Positions 33,843-45,198 are shown, numbered from the stretch's first letter. The stretch is DNA of 64,000 nt from an uncultured Methanoregulaceae archaeon (GCA_963737635.1 CAVTTL010000001.1:96001-160000); one strand, 5' to 3'. A program made the numbers and translations. Notes: generated by a model not told the origin, from the letters alone.

Positions 33843-35249
33843 ATGAGCGTCGCTGTCTGCTACCCGGATACATATGCTGTTGAGGAGACCTTCCAGCTCC
33901 TTAAGATACCTTGGGAATGGTACGTGGACGGTCGGCAGTACGATGTGGTGATTGCGCGAAAACCAGATGTACCCGGCTGGACGGGAAACCTCATCGATCT
34001 CACGACAAATGATTTTTTTTCCAGGATAGCCACTATGCTTAACACCGGCCGGTTCCACATGCATGAACCGGCGTGTGATAGCCTGATCGATACGCTCCGG
34101 CAGGAACTCAGGAGACATACTGTGCTCGCGGAGATCCCTCCCGCCCCGTGGGGACATCCTTATATGGTGGCACTCACGCATGACGTGGATGTTACTTCCG
34201 TCAGGGAATGCCGGCTTGCAACGGCCGGTTATGCGGCGTTCCGGTGCATGGGAAGCGGCATGGTTTCCACCGGGCTCCGGCTCGGGTTTGCCTGCATCGG
34301 CATCGGAGACGATCCTTGGGCACTCTTTGATCGCTGGAAGACATGCGAAGAGGAACTGGGTGTGCGTTCGACGTTCTTTTTTGTTCCGAGAAAGAATGAT
34401 CCCGGTGTGCACGCGCACCCGTACCGGGCAATCAGGTATAACCTGGGGGAAAAAACCGGGGTACTGCGTGACCTCGAACAGAATGGCTGGGAAACCGGCG
34501 TTCACGGCATTGACAACTGGACGGACGCCGCACGTGGTAAAGAGGAGCTGAAAGCTCTTGGCACAGGTACCAAAAATCCCGGCAACAGGACGCACTGGCT
34601 CCTCTTTGACCGGGACAGCTGGAGAGTACTGGACGAGGCCGGATATTCGTACGACACGACATTCGGGTACAACGACGACGCTGGTTTCCGTGCAGGAACC
34701 CTTCAGGTGTACAAGCCGCGGGATGTACAGGACCTTCTGGAACTTCCGCTCCATATCCAGGATATCGGGCTGTTCGGGAAGTTCTGCTGGGCGCCCTCCG
34801 GTACCAGCTGGGAGAAAATCCCGTGCCTGCGGCTTGATGAACGGGAAGCACGTACCCGTTGTGACGGCATTTTCGATTACGCACGCACATTTGGAGGAGC
34901 CGTGACAATCCTCTGGCACTACGAAAACCTCGTGCCGCCCAGGAACTGGTCCGGAATCTACGTTGATCTGGTTAAGCGTGCACAAGCCGACGGAGCGTGG
35001 GTAACCACAGCAGGGGCAGTGGTGAAGTGGTTCAGGAAAAGGAGGGAGACAGGGATTGAATATGATATGAATAAAAACGTACTGACCATCCGGGTCCATA
35101 CTTCCCCTGCCGGGTGTAATCCCCCGCTCCTCGTGCGGGTCCATATAAATCCGGCCCGGGTCGTTCATATCAATGCAGCGTATAATTCCGGCGATGGATA
35201 TGTGGATATTATGGGCACTGTACCGGAAATAACGGTGACACTTACATGA
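33843..35249 (+). CDS. Polysaccharide deacetylase-family protein
   Basis: ALTHDVD, STFFF, ETGVHG, RTHWL, YSYDTT.GY, ILWH (CE4-like). Confidence 0.8.
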   Translation: MSVAVCYPDTYAVEETFQLLKIPWEWYVDGRQYDVVIARKPDVPGWTGNLIDLTTNDFFSRIATMLNTGRFHMHEPACDSLIDTLRQELRRHTVLAEIPPAPWGHPYMVALTHDVDVTSVRECRLATAGYAAFRCMGSGMVSTGLRLGFACIGIGDDPWALFDRWKTCEEELGVRSTFFFVPRKNDPGVHAHPYRAIRYNLGEKTGVLRDLEQNGWETGVHGIDNWTDAARGKEELKALGTGTKNPGNRTHWLLFDRDSWRVLDEAGYSYDTTFGYNDDAGFRAGTLQVYKPRDVQDLLELPLHIQDIGLFGKFCWAPSGTSWEKIPCLRLDEREARTRCDGIFDYARTFGGAVTILWHYENLVPPRNWSGIYVDLVKRAQADGAWVTTAGAVVKWFRKRRETGIEYDMNKNVLTIRVHTSPAGCNPPLLVRVHINPARVVHINAAYNSGDGYVDIMGTVPEITVTLT

Positions 35250-36397
35250 AAGTCGTTCTGACTGATGGCAATTTCAAGCATACTCTCGCAGCTGTGCGCT
35301 CCTTAGGGATACGGGGGGCAGATGTCACCGTGCTTTCGCACATGCCGACGAGTATCTCCTTTTATTCACGATACTGCCATCGTCATGTGATCGCTCCGGA
35401 TCCCGAGAAGGATCCAGGTTTTGCAGATTTCCTGCTCGAGTTTGTTAAAAACGATCATTTCGATGTCCTGCTGCCGGTCAGCTTCGCCGCGGTGATGCAG
35501 GTATCCCGAATCCGGCAGGAGCTGGAAAGATACGTACACATCGCCCTTCCCGATACACCTGCGCTCGAGATCGCCGCAAGCAAGGACCGCACCATCCGGT
35601 ACGCAGAAAAGATCGGCCTTTGCGTGCCGAAAACATGGTACCCACATTCAGAAGCCGAGGCGCGGGAGATTGCCCGGGAAGTAACCTACCCTGCCGTGAT
35701 CAAAGGATCCGAGGAATCCGGTTTTGTCCGGTATGCAAACGCGCCTGAGGAACTGGCCAAAAAATACCGGATGATCTCCCGGTACTCACCGGTTATTCAA
35801 GAATATATTACGGGCGAGGGATACGGGTTTTTTGCGCTTTATAACCACGGGAAGGCAAGAGCGATCTTCATGCACCGGCGAATCCGGGAGTACCCGGTTA
35901 CGGGAGGCCCTAGTGCCGTAGCTGAAAGTGTGTACGACCAGGTCCTCCGGGATGCGGGCCTCCGCCTTCTCGACAGCCTGAACTGGCACGGGGTGGCGAT
36001 GGTGGAGTTCAAGAAAGACGTAAAGACCGGGAAATTCGTGCTCATGGAGATCAATCCCAAGTTCTGGGGATCGCTTGGGCTCTCCATAGCGGCTGGCGTA
36101 GATTTCCCCAACCTGACCTGCCGTATGGCTCTTGACGGCGACATTGCGCCGGTCTGCCGGTACAAAACCGGAGTAAAATACCGCTGGCTTTTCCCGGCTG
36201 ATCTCTTTCATGTAATGACCAGTCCCAGCGCGCTCCCGCAGTTCATCCGGGATTTCGGGGATCGCACCATGCAGTACGATATAGATATTCATGATCCCGC
36301 CCCCACCATTATGCAGGCAGGGATGACTGCTGCCGAGCTTGTGATCCGTATATATCAGCACCGTTTCTGGAGGCCGCATGGACGACCTGATCGCTGA
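35246..36397 (+). CDS. ATP-grasp carboxylate-amine ligase
   Basis: LAAVRSLG, YPAVIKG, IQEYITG, MVEFKKD, LMEINPKFWGS. Confidence 0.88.
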   Translation: MKVVLTDGNFKHTLAAVRSLGIRGADVTVLSHMPTSISFYSRYCHRHVIAPDPEKDPGFADFLLEFVKNDHFDVLLPVSFAAVMQVSRIRQELERYVHIALPDTPALEIAASKDRTIRYAEKIGLCVPKTWYPHSEAEAREIAREVTYPAVIKGSEESGFVRYANAPEELAKKYRMISRYSPVIQEYITGEGYGFFALYNHGKARAIFMHRRIREYPVTGGPSAVAESVYDQVLRDAGLRLLDSLNWHGVAMVEFKKDVKTGKFVLMEINPKFWGSLGLSIAAGVDFPNLTCRMALDGDIAPVCRYKTGVKYRWLFPADLFHVMTSPSALPQFIRDFGDRTMQYDIDIHDPAPTIMQAGMTAAELVIRIYQHRFWRPHGRPDR

Positions 36398-37049
36398 TCT
36401 CCATATCCACTCGAAGTACTCCCACGATTCCCTGATGTCCCCGGAGAAGATCGTGAGGTACGCACGAAAAGCCGGGCTGACCTGTATTGCGATAACCGAT
36501 CACGATACCATACGCGGAGGCATTGAAGGAAAAAAAGCAGGGGGAAAATATGGCGTCGAGGTCATTGTCGGATCTGAGATAAATACCGAATGCGGGGATA
36601 TCATCGGCCTCAATCTCAGTGAAGAGATACGTGTTACCGGATGGCAGGAGGTCATACGGGCCGTACGGTTGCAGGGAGGTACCGTGGTGCTGCCCCATCC
36701 TTACCGCGATCACGTATCCGTAGAAAAGATTGCAGCGTGCGTGGATTTTATAGAGATATGGAATGGCAGATCAACCGAACAACAAAATAGGGATGCAAAA
36801 GATCTCGCAACGGGCACAGGAAAACCGGTAATGTACGGGAGCGATGCCCATAGCATCTCAGAGATCGGTGCGGTAAAAGCCCTCATCGATCCGGTCACAT
36901 ACCAGTACCGGGGGATCCTCTCAGTCCGCCCTGCATCTTCTTCTGAAATACGTCGCAGCCGTATTATCAGCCTGGTAAAACAGCGGAAATGGAGAACGTT
37001 GATCTCGCAGGGAAAGAGCTATCTTGGACAGAAATTATGGCCTCTCTGA
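36378..37049 (+). CDS. PHP-domain phosphoesterase
   Basis: DLHIHS, AITDHD, GSEI, PHPY, GSDAH. Confidence 0.9.
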   Translation: MDDLIADLHIHSKYSHDSLMSPEKIVRYARKAGLTCIAITDHDTIRGGIEGKKAGGKYGVEVIVGSEINTECGDIIGLNLSEEIRVTGWQEVIRAVRLQGGTVVLPHPYRDHVSVEKIAACVDFIEIWNGRSTEQQNRDAKDLATGTGKPVMYGSDAHSISEIGAVKALIDPVTYQYRGILSVRPASSSEIRRSRIISLVKQRKWRTLISQGKSYLGQKLWPL

Positions 37050-37125
37050 TGGCAGTGTCCAGTGAAAACACGGAAGATGCCGGAGAAGATTTCACCGATA
37101 ACGACAAATACGAAAAACGGGACTG

Positions 37126-38370
37126 GTGAGGCATATAAGTCAGAAATCGGTTCAACCCATACCAGAAGATACCAGCGATAAAACATTGTTGGTAATTACC
37201 CCGGATTTTCCTGATGAAAAAAACCGGTATATCGGTTCCATCTATGTGAAAAACCAGATTGAGCCTCTCAAAAAATGGTTCAAACAGATTATTGTTATCT
37301 GCCCGGTCCTGTTTAGTTTCCGGCTGCTGCCCAATGACCGGTACTGTTTTGATTACCAGTACGATAACGTGAAGGTCTATTATCCCCGCTGTTTCTTCCT
37401 ACCCCGCGGCATTCACATCCCCGGCATGAGCAACAAAAAAAAGATATCGTTCGATTACCGGTATTCCGCGGTCAGGAGAGTCATTACCAAAGAAAACCTA
37501 TGCTTTGACCTGATCCATGCCCACTTCACCTGGCCCTCTGCGGCAATAGCGGTCCGGCTCAAGGAGGAATGCCACGTTCCGGTAGTGGTAACAATCCATG
37601 AGGATTCGGGCTGGCTTTCCGAGGAAATTGAGGATCACGATCCGCGGATCACTGGTGCATGGGGGAAAGCAGATGCCCTCATCCGGGTCAACAAAACCGA
37701 GGTTCCGGTGTTGCAACGGTTCAACACTAACGTGTATGCCGTCCCCAACGGGTTTGCGCCGGAATATATGCCCATGGACATGCAGGAATGCAGAAGAACG
37801 GTTGGCCTGTCTGGAGAAAAGAAAATCCTGTTTTCCTTCGGCGATATTCTCGAACGCAAAGGATTCCAGTACCTCATCGACGCAATGAAGATCCTCTCCG
37901 GCCAAAGAGACGATCTTCTCTGCGTTATTTCGGGGAAAGGCGGGTACAAATCCAGTCTCATCACACAGATCAAGCGGCTCGGCCTTGGCGATGCGGTGAT
38001 CCTTCTCGATTATATCCCAACGGAAAAAATGCCGGTCTGGATCAACAGTGCAGACCTGTTTGTGTTCCCCAGCCTCAAGGAAAGTTTCGGCATTGTGCAG
38101 GTCGAAGCTCTTGCCTGCGGGAAACCGGTCATCGCTGCACGAAATGCCGGCAGCACCGAGGTGATCACCTCCGGAGACGTCGGGATCCTGTGCGAATCCG
38201 GAAGTGCCGTATCACTCGCCGATGCTATCGCCCGCGGCCTGGAACGGTCATGGGACACTACAAAGATCCTTGAATACGCCAAACAATACCGGTGGGAAAC
38301 AATTGCAACGGATCTTGCCGGGATTTATAAAACCGTTCTGGAAAAAAACCCGACCGATCAGGGTTCGTGA
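37126..38370 (+). CDS. GT4 glycosyltransferase
   Basis: DLIHAHF, ERKG, FVFPSLKESFGIVQVEALACGKPV. Confidence 0.92.
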   Translation: MRHISQKSVQPIPEDTSDKTLLVITPDFPDEKNRYIGSIYVKNQIEPLKKWFKQIIVICPVLFSFRLLPNDRYCFDYQYDNVKVYYPRCFFLPRGIHIPGMSNKKKISFDYRYSAVRRVITKENLCFDLIHAHFTWPSAAIAVRLKEECHVPVVVTIHEDSGWLSEEIEDHDPRITGAWGKADALIRVNKTEVPVLQRFNTNVYAVPNGFAPEYMPMDMQECRRTVGLSGEKKILFSFGDILERKGFQYLIDAMKILSGQRDDLLCVISGKGGYKSSLITQIKRLGLGDAVILLDYIPTEKMPVWINSADLFVFPSLKESFGIVQVEALACGKPVIAARNAGSTEVITSGDVGILCESGSAVSLADAIARGLERSWDTTKILEYAKQYRWETIATDLAGIYKTVLEKNPTDQGS

Positions 38371-39515
38371 GAGAGGACCCGGGAATAGACGTCCAGGTGC
38401 TGGCGTGCAACGATCTCCGGCCGGAACTGCTGTGCATTCTCTCTCCCGGCCTCTTCCAGGGTCCGGCGCCGTGTGCTATCCTGCAACAAGGAGATGATGC
38501 CTGCTGCCATCGCACGGTCATCGCCGCATTCCACGAGGATACCGTTAATGCCGTCCTGGATCATGTCCGGGATCCCCCCAGCCCGTGTTGCGACGACGGG
38601 AGTACCGGTGGCCATCGCCTCAAGGATCACGATTCCCTGCGATTCTTCGTAGGAGGGCAAAACGAAGACTGCCGCCTCCCGGTATTCGTGAAGCAACGCT
38701 GAATCAGGTAACTGCCCGCAAAAGACGACGTTTTTTTCGAGGTTGTGGGATCTTATGAGACCGAGTATCGAATGATGATATACCACCTTCCGGATTCCTC
38801 CGACAATGTGCAGCTCGATATCCGGTATATCCATCTTAATTCTGGCAAGTGCCCGGATGAGGACATCAAGTCCTTTACGTTCTTCTATCCCGCCGACAAA
38901 AAGGATCCGGTTAGGATGTTCATCTTTTTGTACGGTAAAAAATTTGGGTTCAACCGGGTTAAATATCACCGATATCATTCCCTGTGTCATTGGTTGCACT
39001 GATTTTTTTACATAGGGCGATATAGCGATAATATGAAGAGCACGATTGAGGACAAAACGTTCCATCTGACGACCGGTTATAGCATGATATTTACCCTTTA
39101 TACCAGTCCAGTGCTTCGATTCTTCGTGGATGACCCCCTCGACCGTGATTACCGTGCGGCGGGGATCCCACTGTAAGGCCGGATATGCATAATCCTTTCC
39201 CGTTCCAAAAGCATGAACAATATCAGGTTGAATTGCTACGATGTTTTTTCTGATAATATAATCCGTAAGTTGCTTGGGAACAAGTATTGGCATATACTTC
39301 AACGGGAATCGTATATAGTGCACGAAAAGATTATCCTCATTAATAACAGTAGATTTTTTCACGTCTGAATTGAGTGTGCAGATATGAAATTCATAATCAG
39401 GTTCACTTGTTTTTAATTCCTGAACGATCGTGTAGAGGGCTCTGGGGACCCCCCCCGTTATTGGTTTTCCCGGCGAGGGGTAATCAGAGCAGAGCAGGAT
39501 CTTTTTCGTATGCAT
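38358..39515 (-). CDS. GT4 glycosyltransferase
   Basis: EERKG, FVLPSYEESQGIVILEAMATGTPVV. Confidence 0.92.
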   Translation of the reverse strand: MHTKKILLCSDYPSPGKPITGGVPRALYTIVQELKTSEPDYEFHICTLNSDVKKSTVINEDNLFVHYIRFPLKYMPILVPKQLTDYIIRKNIVAIQPDIVHAFGTGKDYAYPALQWDPRRTVITVEGVIHEESKHWTGIKGKYHAITGRQMERFVLNRALHIIAISPYVKKSVQPMTQGMISVIFNPVEPKFFTVQKDEHPNRILFVGGIEERKGLDVLIRALARIKMDIPDIELHIVGGIRKVVYHHSILGLIRSHNLEKNVVFCGQLPDSALLHEYREAAVFVLPSYEESQGIVILEAMATGTPVVATRAGGIPDMIQDGINGILVECGDDRAMAAGIISLLQDSTRRRTLEEAGRENAQQFRPEIVARQHLDVYSRVLSHEP

Positions 39516-39750
39516 TTTTTTACCATCGCTATTGTTAGAAATTCGACGTTTGAGAAGAAGGTGTTTCTGAATAATCTAGTGCGTTCACTATCATTATTTT
39601 AATGAATGTTTTTATGCTTACCTGTATCCCTGAAAAATATATCTTTTTCTTTGTGATTTGATCATACCGCGCCGTCGACCCCGGGTATCACAACAAAGAA
39701 ACAACGTAACCAGCTATTACAGATAGGGCACTGTTTTTTGATACGAGTCC

Positions 39751-40671
39751 TTAGGTATTTCTCGTTCTCTTTATCAGATATTTTAGAATTTTAGGGAGGG
39801 CAACAGGGAATAAATAGAAGTAGCGTAAGACGACACGGAGATAATCCATTCGTGTGCAGGACGATGATTCGTAAGCCATGCGATTGAGGATTATATCACA
39901 TTTCGTCGTTTGAATCCGATAGAACAGCAATAATTTTACTGCAAACGACAGCCGCTGTCTTTTCTGCAGGAAGTCTTCGAGCCGGTATAACACTTTCAGC
40001 ACGCACCGGTAGTACCTCACGTACGACCCGGATTGCCTGCACTGGACACTTTCGGGATTTATAGAATACTGGAACAATGGCTCGGGATCAAAGTAAATCC
40101 CGGAAACTGCCGCAAATCTTGCCGACAGGTCATAATCTTCACACAGCGGAAGATCTGCCCCCACGTGATACATTCCTGTTTTTTCAAGCAGTGCGGCACG
40201 GATTATACACGAGGAGGTCACCACAAAATCCCCCATGATCTCCTGGTTGAGCATATCCTGTTTGTTTTTGATCTTCCGGGGGACATACATGGTTTTTTTG
40301 CTATCTTCCAGTTCCACGTACCCGTTACTGCACCCGAGACCGATCTCCGGATTTTTTTCCAGAACTTCAACCTGTCGGTATAGTTTCTCAGGAAACCATA
40401 TATCGTCATCATCGAGAAATGCAATGTATTTTCCTCGGGCGTTTTTCATACCTGCATTCCGTGATTCGGCCGGATAAGGTGTCTGCGGGATCCTGATATA
40501 GTGAACCGTGTCTCCAAAATCCTTTACTACCCATTCAGCGGCCCCACAATCATCAACGATAATAATTTCATACGGGGAATATGTCTGGGCCAGGATGCTT
40601 TTTACTGCATGTACCAGCAAACGGTTCCGATTATGGGTAGGAACGATAACGCTGACAAGGGGGGACGACAT
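39751..40671 (-). CDS. GT2 glycosyltransferase
   Basis: VSVIVPTHNR, IIIVDD, AFLDDDD, EDYDL. Confidence 0.92.
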   Translation of the reverse strand: MSSPLVSVIVPTHNRNRLLVHAVKSILAQTYSPYEIIIVDDCGAAEWVVKDFGDTVHYIRIPQTPYPAESRNAGMKNARGKYIAFLDDDDIWFPEKLYRQVEVLEKNPEIGLGCSNGYVELEDSKKTMYVPRKIKNKQDMLNQEIMGDFVVTSSCIIRAALLEKTGMYHVGADLPLCEDYDLSARFAAVSGIYFDPEPLFQYSINPESVQCRQSGSYVRYYRCVLKVLYRLEDFLQKRQRLSFAVKLLLFYRIQTTKCDIILNRMAYESSSCTRMDYLRVVLRYFYLFPVALPKILKYLIKRTRNT

Positions 40672-40798
40672 AAAATACGATCCTCTTAAAAAATGGGAAC
40701 TGCCTCTTTTTATGATCTAGGATTCTCCCTTACAAAAATCTATTCGAACGATACACATTTGAAGGTACGAAAAAAACAGTAAAGGAGTGATACTAATA

Positions 40799-41674
40799 AT
40801 GCTCACATTTTTTTCTATTCCCAAGCCATTCGCTGGAAAAATTGCGGTTCTCCAGAAAAATGCCATCCGGAGCTGGAAACAGGTCTGCCCGGAATGTGAG
40901 ATCCTGTTGTTTGGCGATGAGCCCGGGATCAAAGAAGCCGCAGAGGAATATGGTGTGCGCCACATTCCGGAAGTAAAAAAGAATGCTTATGGGACGCCTA
41001 TTCTCGAGGATATTTTTGACCAAGCCAGAAAATTATCCAAAAATGATCTCCTGTGTTACATCAACTGTGACATTATCCTGACAAGCGACATCATTGCAGC
41101 GCCAAAAAAAATTCCTTTCGAAGACTATCTTCTCGTTGGCCAGAGGACAAACGTCGATATTGATACTGAACTGGTCTTTAATGAAACGTGGGAGCACGAT
41201 TTACGGGAGCGGGCCCAGAACTACGGAGTATATGAAGGCACAATGGGCATTGATTATTTCCTCTATCCCAAAAAATCCATTACCCATATGCTGCCATTCG
41301 CCGTGGGGAGGCGCGGTTGGGACAACTGGTTTATTTACAACGCACGAAAGGAGGGAATCGCAGTCGTCGATTGTACTCCGGCGGTACTTGTTGTACACCA
41401 GAACCATGGATACGATCATGTCAAGCAAAAGACAGGCACCCGGTGGGAGGGGCCTGAATCTGACGTCAATATGAACTTGATTGGAAACCCGGCTTATCTC
41501 TGGGATCTTGGTGACGCAGACTGGATATTATCAGAACACGGTGTTACGAAAAAACCGTTCAGTCTACTGGGGGTTTACCGGTATTTCATACTTCATTCCC
41601 CGGGAATTCTTTTACCCATTATCAGTGGAATCGCTTCGGGGATTGTGAAAGTGAAAAAAATGAGTGGTATTTGA
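40799..41674 (+). CDS. GT-A fold glycosyltransferase-like protein
   Basis: NAIRSW, YINCDII DxD-like motif, GRRGWDNW, VHQNH. Confidence 0.7.
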   Translation: MLTFFSIPKPFAGKIAVLQKNAIRSWKQVCPECEILLFGDEPGIKEAAEEYGVRHIPEVKKNAYGTPILEDIFDQARKLSKNDLLCYINCDIILTSDIIAAPKKIPFEDYLLVGQRTNVDIDTELVFNETWEHDLRERAQNYGVYEGTMGIDYFLYPKKSITHMLPFAVGRRGWDNWFIYNARKEGIAVVDCTPAVLVVHQNHGYDHVKQKTGTRWEGPESDVNMNLIGNPAYLWDLGDADWILSEHGVTKKPFSLLGVYRYFILHSPGILLPIISGIASGIVKVKKMSGI

Positions 41675-41866
41675 AAGAGCGATGAGGTGATTTTGGTATG
41701 GCATCCCGCGGGTGAAATCTGGTTGCCTAATCTCCATTTCAATCTTTACATCACCTTATGAACTAACAAACGGAGATCAGATCAAGATCAATTTTACCGC
41801 TGGTCGATTACACTCCTGAAAATACTACGATAAAGTCTTATTAATTAAAAATTCAATTAGTGATGA

Positions 41867-42853
41867 ATGTCCAGTAAAAACCCGCCAATAGTGACTACCC
41901 GGACTATTACCGCATCGGACCCGGTTGAACCTGAAAAAAAACTCCGGACCCCGATATTACTTCTCACCTTCAACCGTCAGGAAACGATGCAAAAAGTTTT
42001 CAACGAAATCCGGAAAGCGCGGCCGGAACAACTTTTTGTGGCTACTGATGCTCCCCGTAAGGATCATCCAACAGATATCGAGAAATGCAAAAAGGTTCTG
42101 GACATAGTTCATTCAGTTGATTGGGATTGTACTCTTTCAATATTTACTCACGAGGAAAATGTTGGCGGCAAAATCGGTATAACATCCGCGATGGACTGGT
42201 TCTTTTCTCAGGTTGAGATGGGTATTATTTTTGAAGATGACTGCCTGCCCGACCAGAGCTTCTTCCCATTCTGTCAGGAATTGTTAGAGCGATACCGGTA
42301 TGATGAAAGGATCATGATGATCTCCGGTGACAACTTCCAGGGTGGGAGGATAAGAACGGAGTACAGTTATTATTTCTCGCGGTATCCTCACACATGGGGA
42401 TATGCGACATGGCGGCGGGTCTGGAAAGACTACGATATCGCTATCAAAAAATGGCCGATGATCCGGGATGGCGGGTGGCTGGAAGATATCCTTCAGGATA
42501 AAAAAGCAGTCCGGTATTGGACCGGAATCTTCGAAGGCGTATATAATAGGACTATCTATTCCCATGATTACCAGATAGGATTTCTCTGTTGGATTACCGG
42601 GCGATTGTGCATCCTGCCGAACACCAATCTGATATCTAATATCGGTTTTGGGCAGGATGCCGCTCATACCAGCGATGTGAATAGTCCTTTCGCCAACATG
42701 CCGACAGTTCCTGTGCAATTCCCGCTGAACCATCCTCCATTTATCATCAGGGATAATAGGGCAGATCAATTCTCCCAAAGAACACATTTTGATACCGCAA
42801 CATGGATCAGCAGAACGCGATACTTTTTGGGACATATGTTGGGGCGAATATGA
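41867..42853 (+). CDS. GT-A nucleotide-diphospho-sugar transferase (HlpA-like)
   Basis: PILLLTFNR, DAPR, IIFEDDCLP, WGYATWRR, NIGFG..A.HT. Confidence 0.8.
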   Translation: MSSKNPPIVTTRTITASDPVEPEKKLRTPILLLTFNRQETMQKVFNEIRKARPEQLFVATDAPRKDHPTDIEKCKKVLDIVHSVDWDCTLSIFTHEENVGGKIGITSAMDWFFSQVEMGIIFEDDCLPDQSFFPFCQELLERYRYDERIMMISGDNFQGGRIRTEYSYYFSRYPHTWGYATWRRVWKDYDIAIKKWPMIRDGGWLEDILQDKKAVRYWTGIFEGVYNRTIYSHDYQIGFLCWITGRLCILPNTNLISNIGFGQDAAHTSDVNSPFANMPTVPVQFPLNHPPFIIRDNRADQFSQRTHFDTATWISRTRYFLGHMLGRI

Positions 42854-43647
42854 ACGTTCGGTATGACAATATCGGATTATCTGATACTGATGAAAAAGAA
42901 ATTGAGAGATTGCTTGCTGTAAAAACCCCTTATTCTGATGATTTACACCGGATGGGTTTTCTCATAGATATGGTATGGGACGAACTCGGTTGTGATAATA
43001 AACATCTTGATGATAACAAATTAGCGCAGTTTTATTCTCATCCGGTCTGGATTCTCAATGGATTGTTCATCGAACAACATGCATTATCCATGCAGCATCG
43101 TAATGGAATCAGCCAATGGATTGCAGACAATAAAATGCGATCAGTAATTGATTATGGCGGGGGATTTGGAACACTCGCCCGGCTTATTCACCGGAAATCA
43201 CCGGAAACAGATATTGTCATATTCGATCCGTACTCGAATAATTCTTCATGTAAACAATTTCCGGAAATAACAAGCATACGATTCCTATCGGCAATTGATA
43301 AAGAGTATGATTGCCTCATCGCCGAGGATGTACTTGAACATGTACCGAAACCCATTCAACTCCTTTCCTTAATGACCTCATATGTGAAACCAGATGGCTA
43401 TCTGCTCATTGCCAACAATTTCAACCCGGTAATAAAATGTCATCTGCCTGCAACATTCCATCTGAGATATACTTTTGATCATATCGCAAAAGCACTTGGA
43501 TTGCAGAAGTGTGGCACGGTAGCAGGGGCACCACATACAACCATTTACCGGAAACACCATTGCAACTCTTCTGTCAGTAGCAAAGTGATTCTGATGGAAT
43601 GTGGATCGAAATTACTGTTTCCGATATTCAAAAGGGTGTTGGGATGA
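42850..43647 (+). CDS. Class I SAM-dependent methyltransferase
   Basis: VIDYGGGFG motif I, DVLEHV, KPDGYL. Confidence 0.85.
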   Translation: MNVRYDNIGLSDTDEKEIERLLAVKTPYSDDLHRMGFLIDMVWDELGCDNKHLDDNKLAQFYSHPVWILNGLFIEQHALSMQHRNGISQWIADNKMRSVIDYGGGFGTLARLIHRKSPETDIVIFDPYSNNSSCKQFPEITSIRFLSAIDKEYDCLIAEDVLEHVPKPIQLLSLMTSYVKPDGYLLIANNFNPVIKCHLPATFHLRYTFDHIAKALGLQKCGTVAGAPHTTIYRKHHCNSSVSSKVILMECGSKLLFPIFKRVLG

Positions 43648-44888
43648 AAATTCTTTTTATAAACACCTTTGATTCTGTCGGGGCTGCAGCAAATAATGTG
43701 CATCTTTTATGTAAAAGTTTGCAGTCAGTTGGCGTTCAATGCGAGATGATGGTGCAATTCAAAGGTAGTGACGACCCCTCCGTTATCGGACCACAGGGAA
43801 AATTAAAAGAAAAAATGAGTTGGCTACACTACCATATGGACCGACTTCCTCTAAAATTTTACCCCGGTAAAAACAAAACAATGTTCTCACCGGCATGGGT
43901 GCCAAACAGGAATCTTGTCCATGCCATCAATAAAAGCGACGCGGATATCGTTCACCTTCATTGGATCACCGCAGGAATGATACGGGTAGAGGATCTCGCG
44001 CATATCAGAAAACCAATCATCTGGTCCCAGCACGATATGTGGCCGTTCACCGGGGGGTGCCATTATGATGGAGGATGTGGCAAGTACGCGACTCATTGTG
44101 GTGCCTGTCCGGTACTTGGTTCCTGTCATACAACCGATTTGAGTTACAGGGTTCATGCACGAAAAATAAAAGCATATGCAAAAATTCCCTCCCTTACCGT
44201 CAATGGTATAAGCCGGTGGATTACAGAGTGCGCAAAGAGGAGCACCGTATTCTCCGGCAGGGAGATAACAAACGTCTCAAGCCCTATAGATACAAAAGCA
44301 TTCCAGCCCTTGGACAAAGCCATTGCCCGGGATCTTCTCCATCTCCCGCAGGACAAGAAATTTATCTTGTTTGGCGGGGACGGCATGGTACAGGACCCGC
44401 GCAAAGGACACCGGTATCTCAAATCCGCATTAGACTTGATCAGTACCCCTGATGTCGAATTGCTCATTTTTGGCTCTGGTAATTTCGCGCCCTCACTCCA
44501 GTATAAATTTCCGGCTCACTATCTCGGGCATCTTCCTAACGATCTTACCATGAGGATCACTTACAGCGCGGCAGATGTCTATGTCATGCCAAGCGTTCAG
44601 GAGGTGTTGGGATGGGTGTCTACCGAATCGATGGCCTGCGGGACTCCTGCAATAACATTTGATTTAGGTGGGCCAAAGGAGATAGTCGACCATATGATAA
44701 ACGGGTATTGTGCCATCCCGGAAGATCCCGTTAGTCTGGCAAAAGGAATTGATTGGGTTCTCACCCATCCCGAGCCAAAGGATCTATCCACGAATGCCCG
44801 GCAGGCTATACTCAGCAAATTTGATTCCATACTCATAGCGAAGCAATACCGGGAACTCTATAAACGGCATATTGAATGTGACAACTGA
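43644..44888 (+). CDS. GT4 glycosyltransferase (WcaC-like)
   Basis: DIVHLHW, HDMWPFTGGCHY, DPRKG, ESMACGTP. Confidence 0.9.
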   Translation: MKILFINTFDSVGAAANNVHLLCKSLQSVGVQCEMMVQFKGSDDPSVIGPQGKLKEKMSWLHYHMDRLPLKFYPGKNKTMFSPAWVPNRNLVHAINKSDADIVHLHWITAGMIRVEDLAHIRKPIIWSQHDMWPFTGGCHYDGGCGKYATHCGACPVLGSCHTTDLSYRVHARKIKAYAKIPSLTVNGISRWITECAKRSTVFSGREITNVSSPIDTKAFQPLDKAIARDLLHLPQDKKFILFGGDGMVQDPRKGHRYLKSALDLISTPDVELLIFGSGNFAPSLQYKFPAHYLGHLPNDLTMRITYSAADVYVMPSVQEVLGWVSTESMACGTPAITFDLGGPKEIVDHMINGYCAIPEDPVSLAKGIDWVLTHPEPKDLSTNARQAILSKFDSILIAKQYRELYKRHIECDN

Positions 44889-45093
44889 AACAAATATTAT
44901 GATAAAAAATATTTTGAATGGGTGAAATGTGCCTTGGCTGCAAACCTTTTCTCGTTTAAGGAATGTATATCGCCTCGCGATAACATCATTGAATTTGATT
45001 ATGAGGTTAAAGGCAGTCTCCCCCTTCGGGTAGATTCACCAGAAAAACGTTCGAGAATGGTATCCTTTGTTTTTCCTGCGGGATTGATGGCAT
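44889..45093 (+). pseudogene. Possible methyltransferase N-terminal remnant
   Basis: Startless frame KYYDKKYFEW..AANLFSFKECISPRDNIIEF resembles the region before motif I of glycan-locus methyltransferases. Confidence 0.3.
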
Positions 45094-45198
45094 AGGCAAC
45101 TCAACAATCACCCTAATCAGGGCAAGAAAGAAAAAGATGAATATGGTTCTTCAGACAATATATAACGAGAATCAACCGGAAAATTTGGGCACTATACC

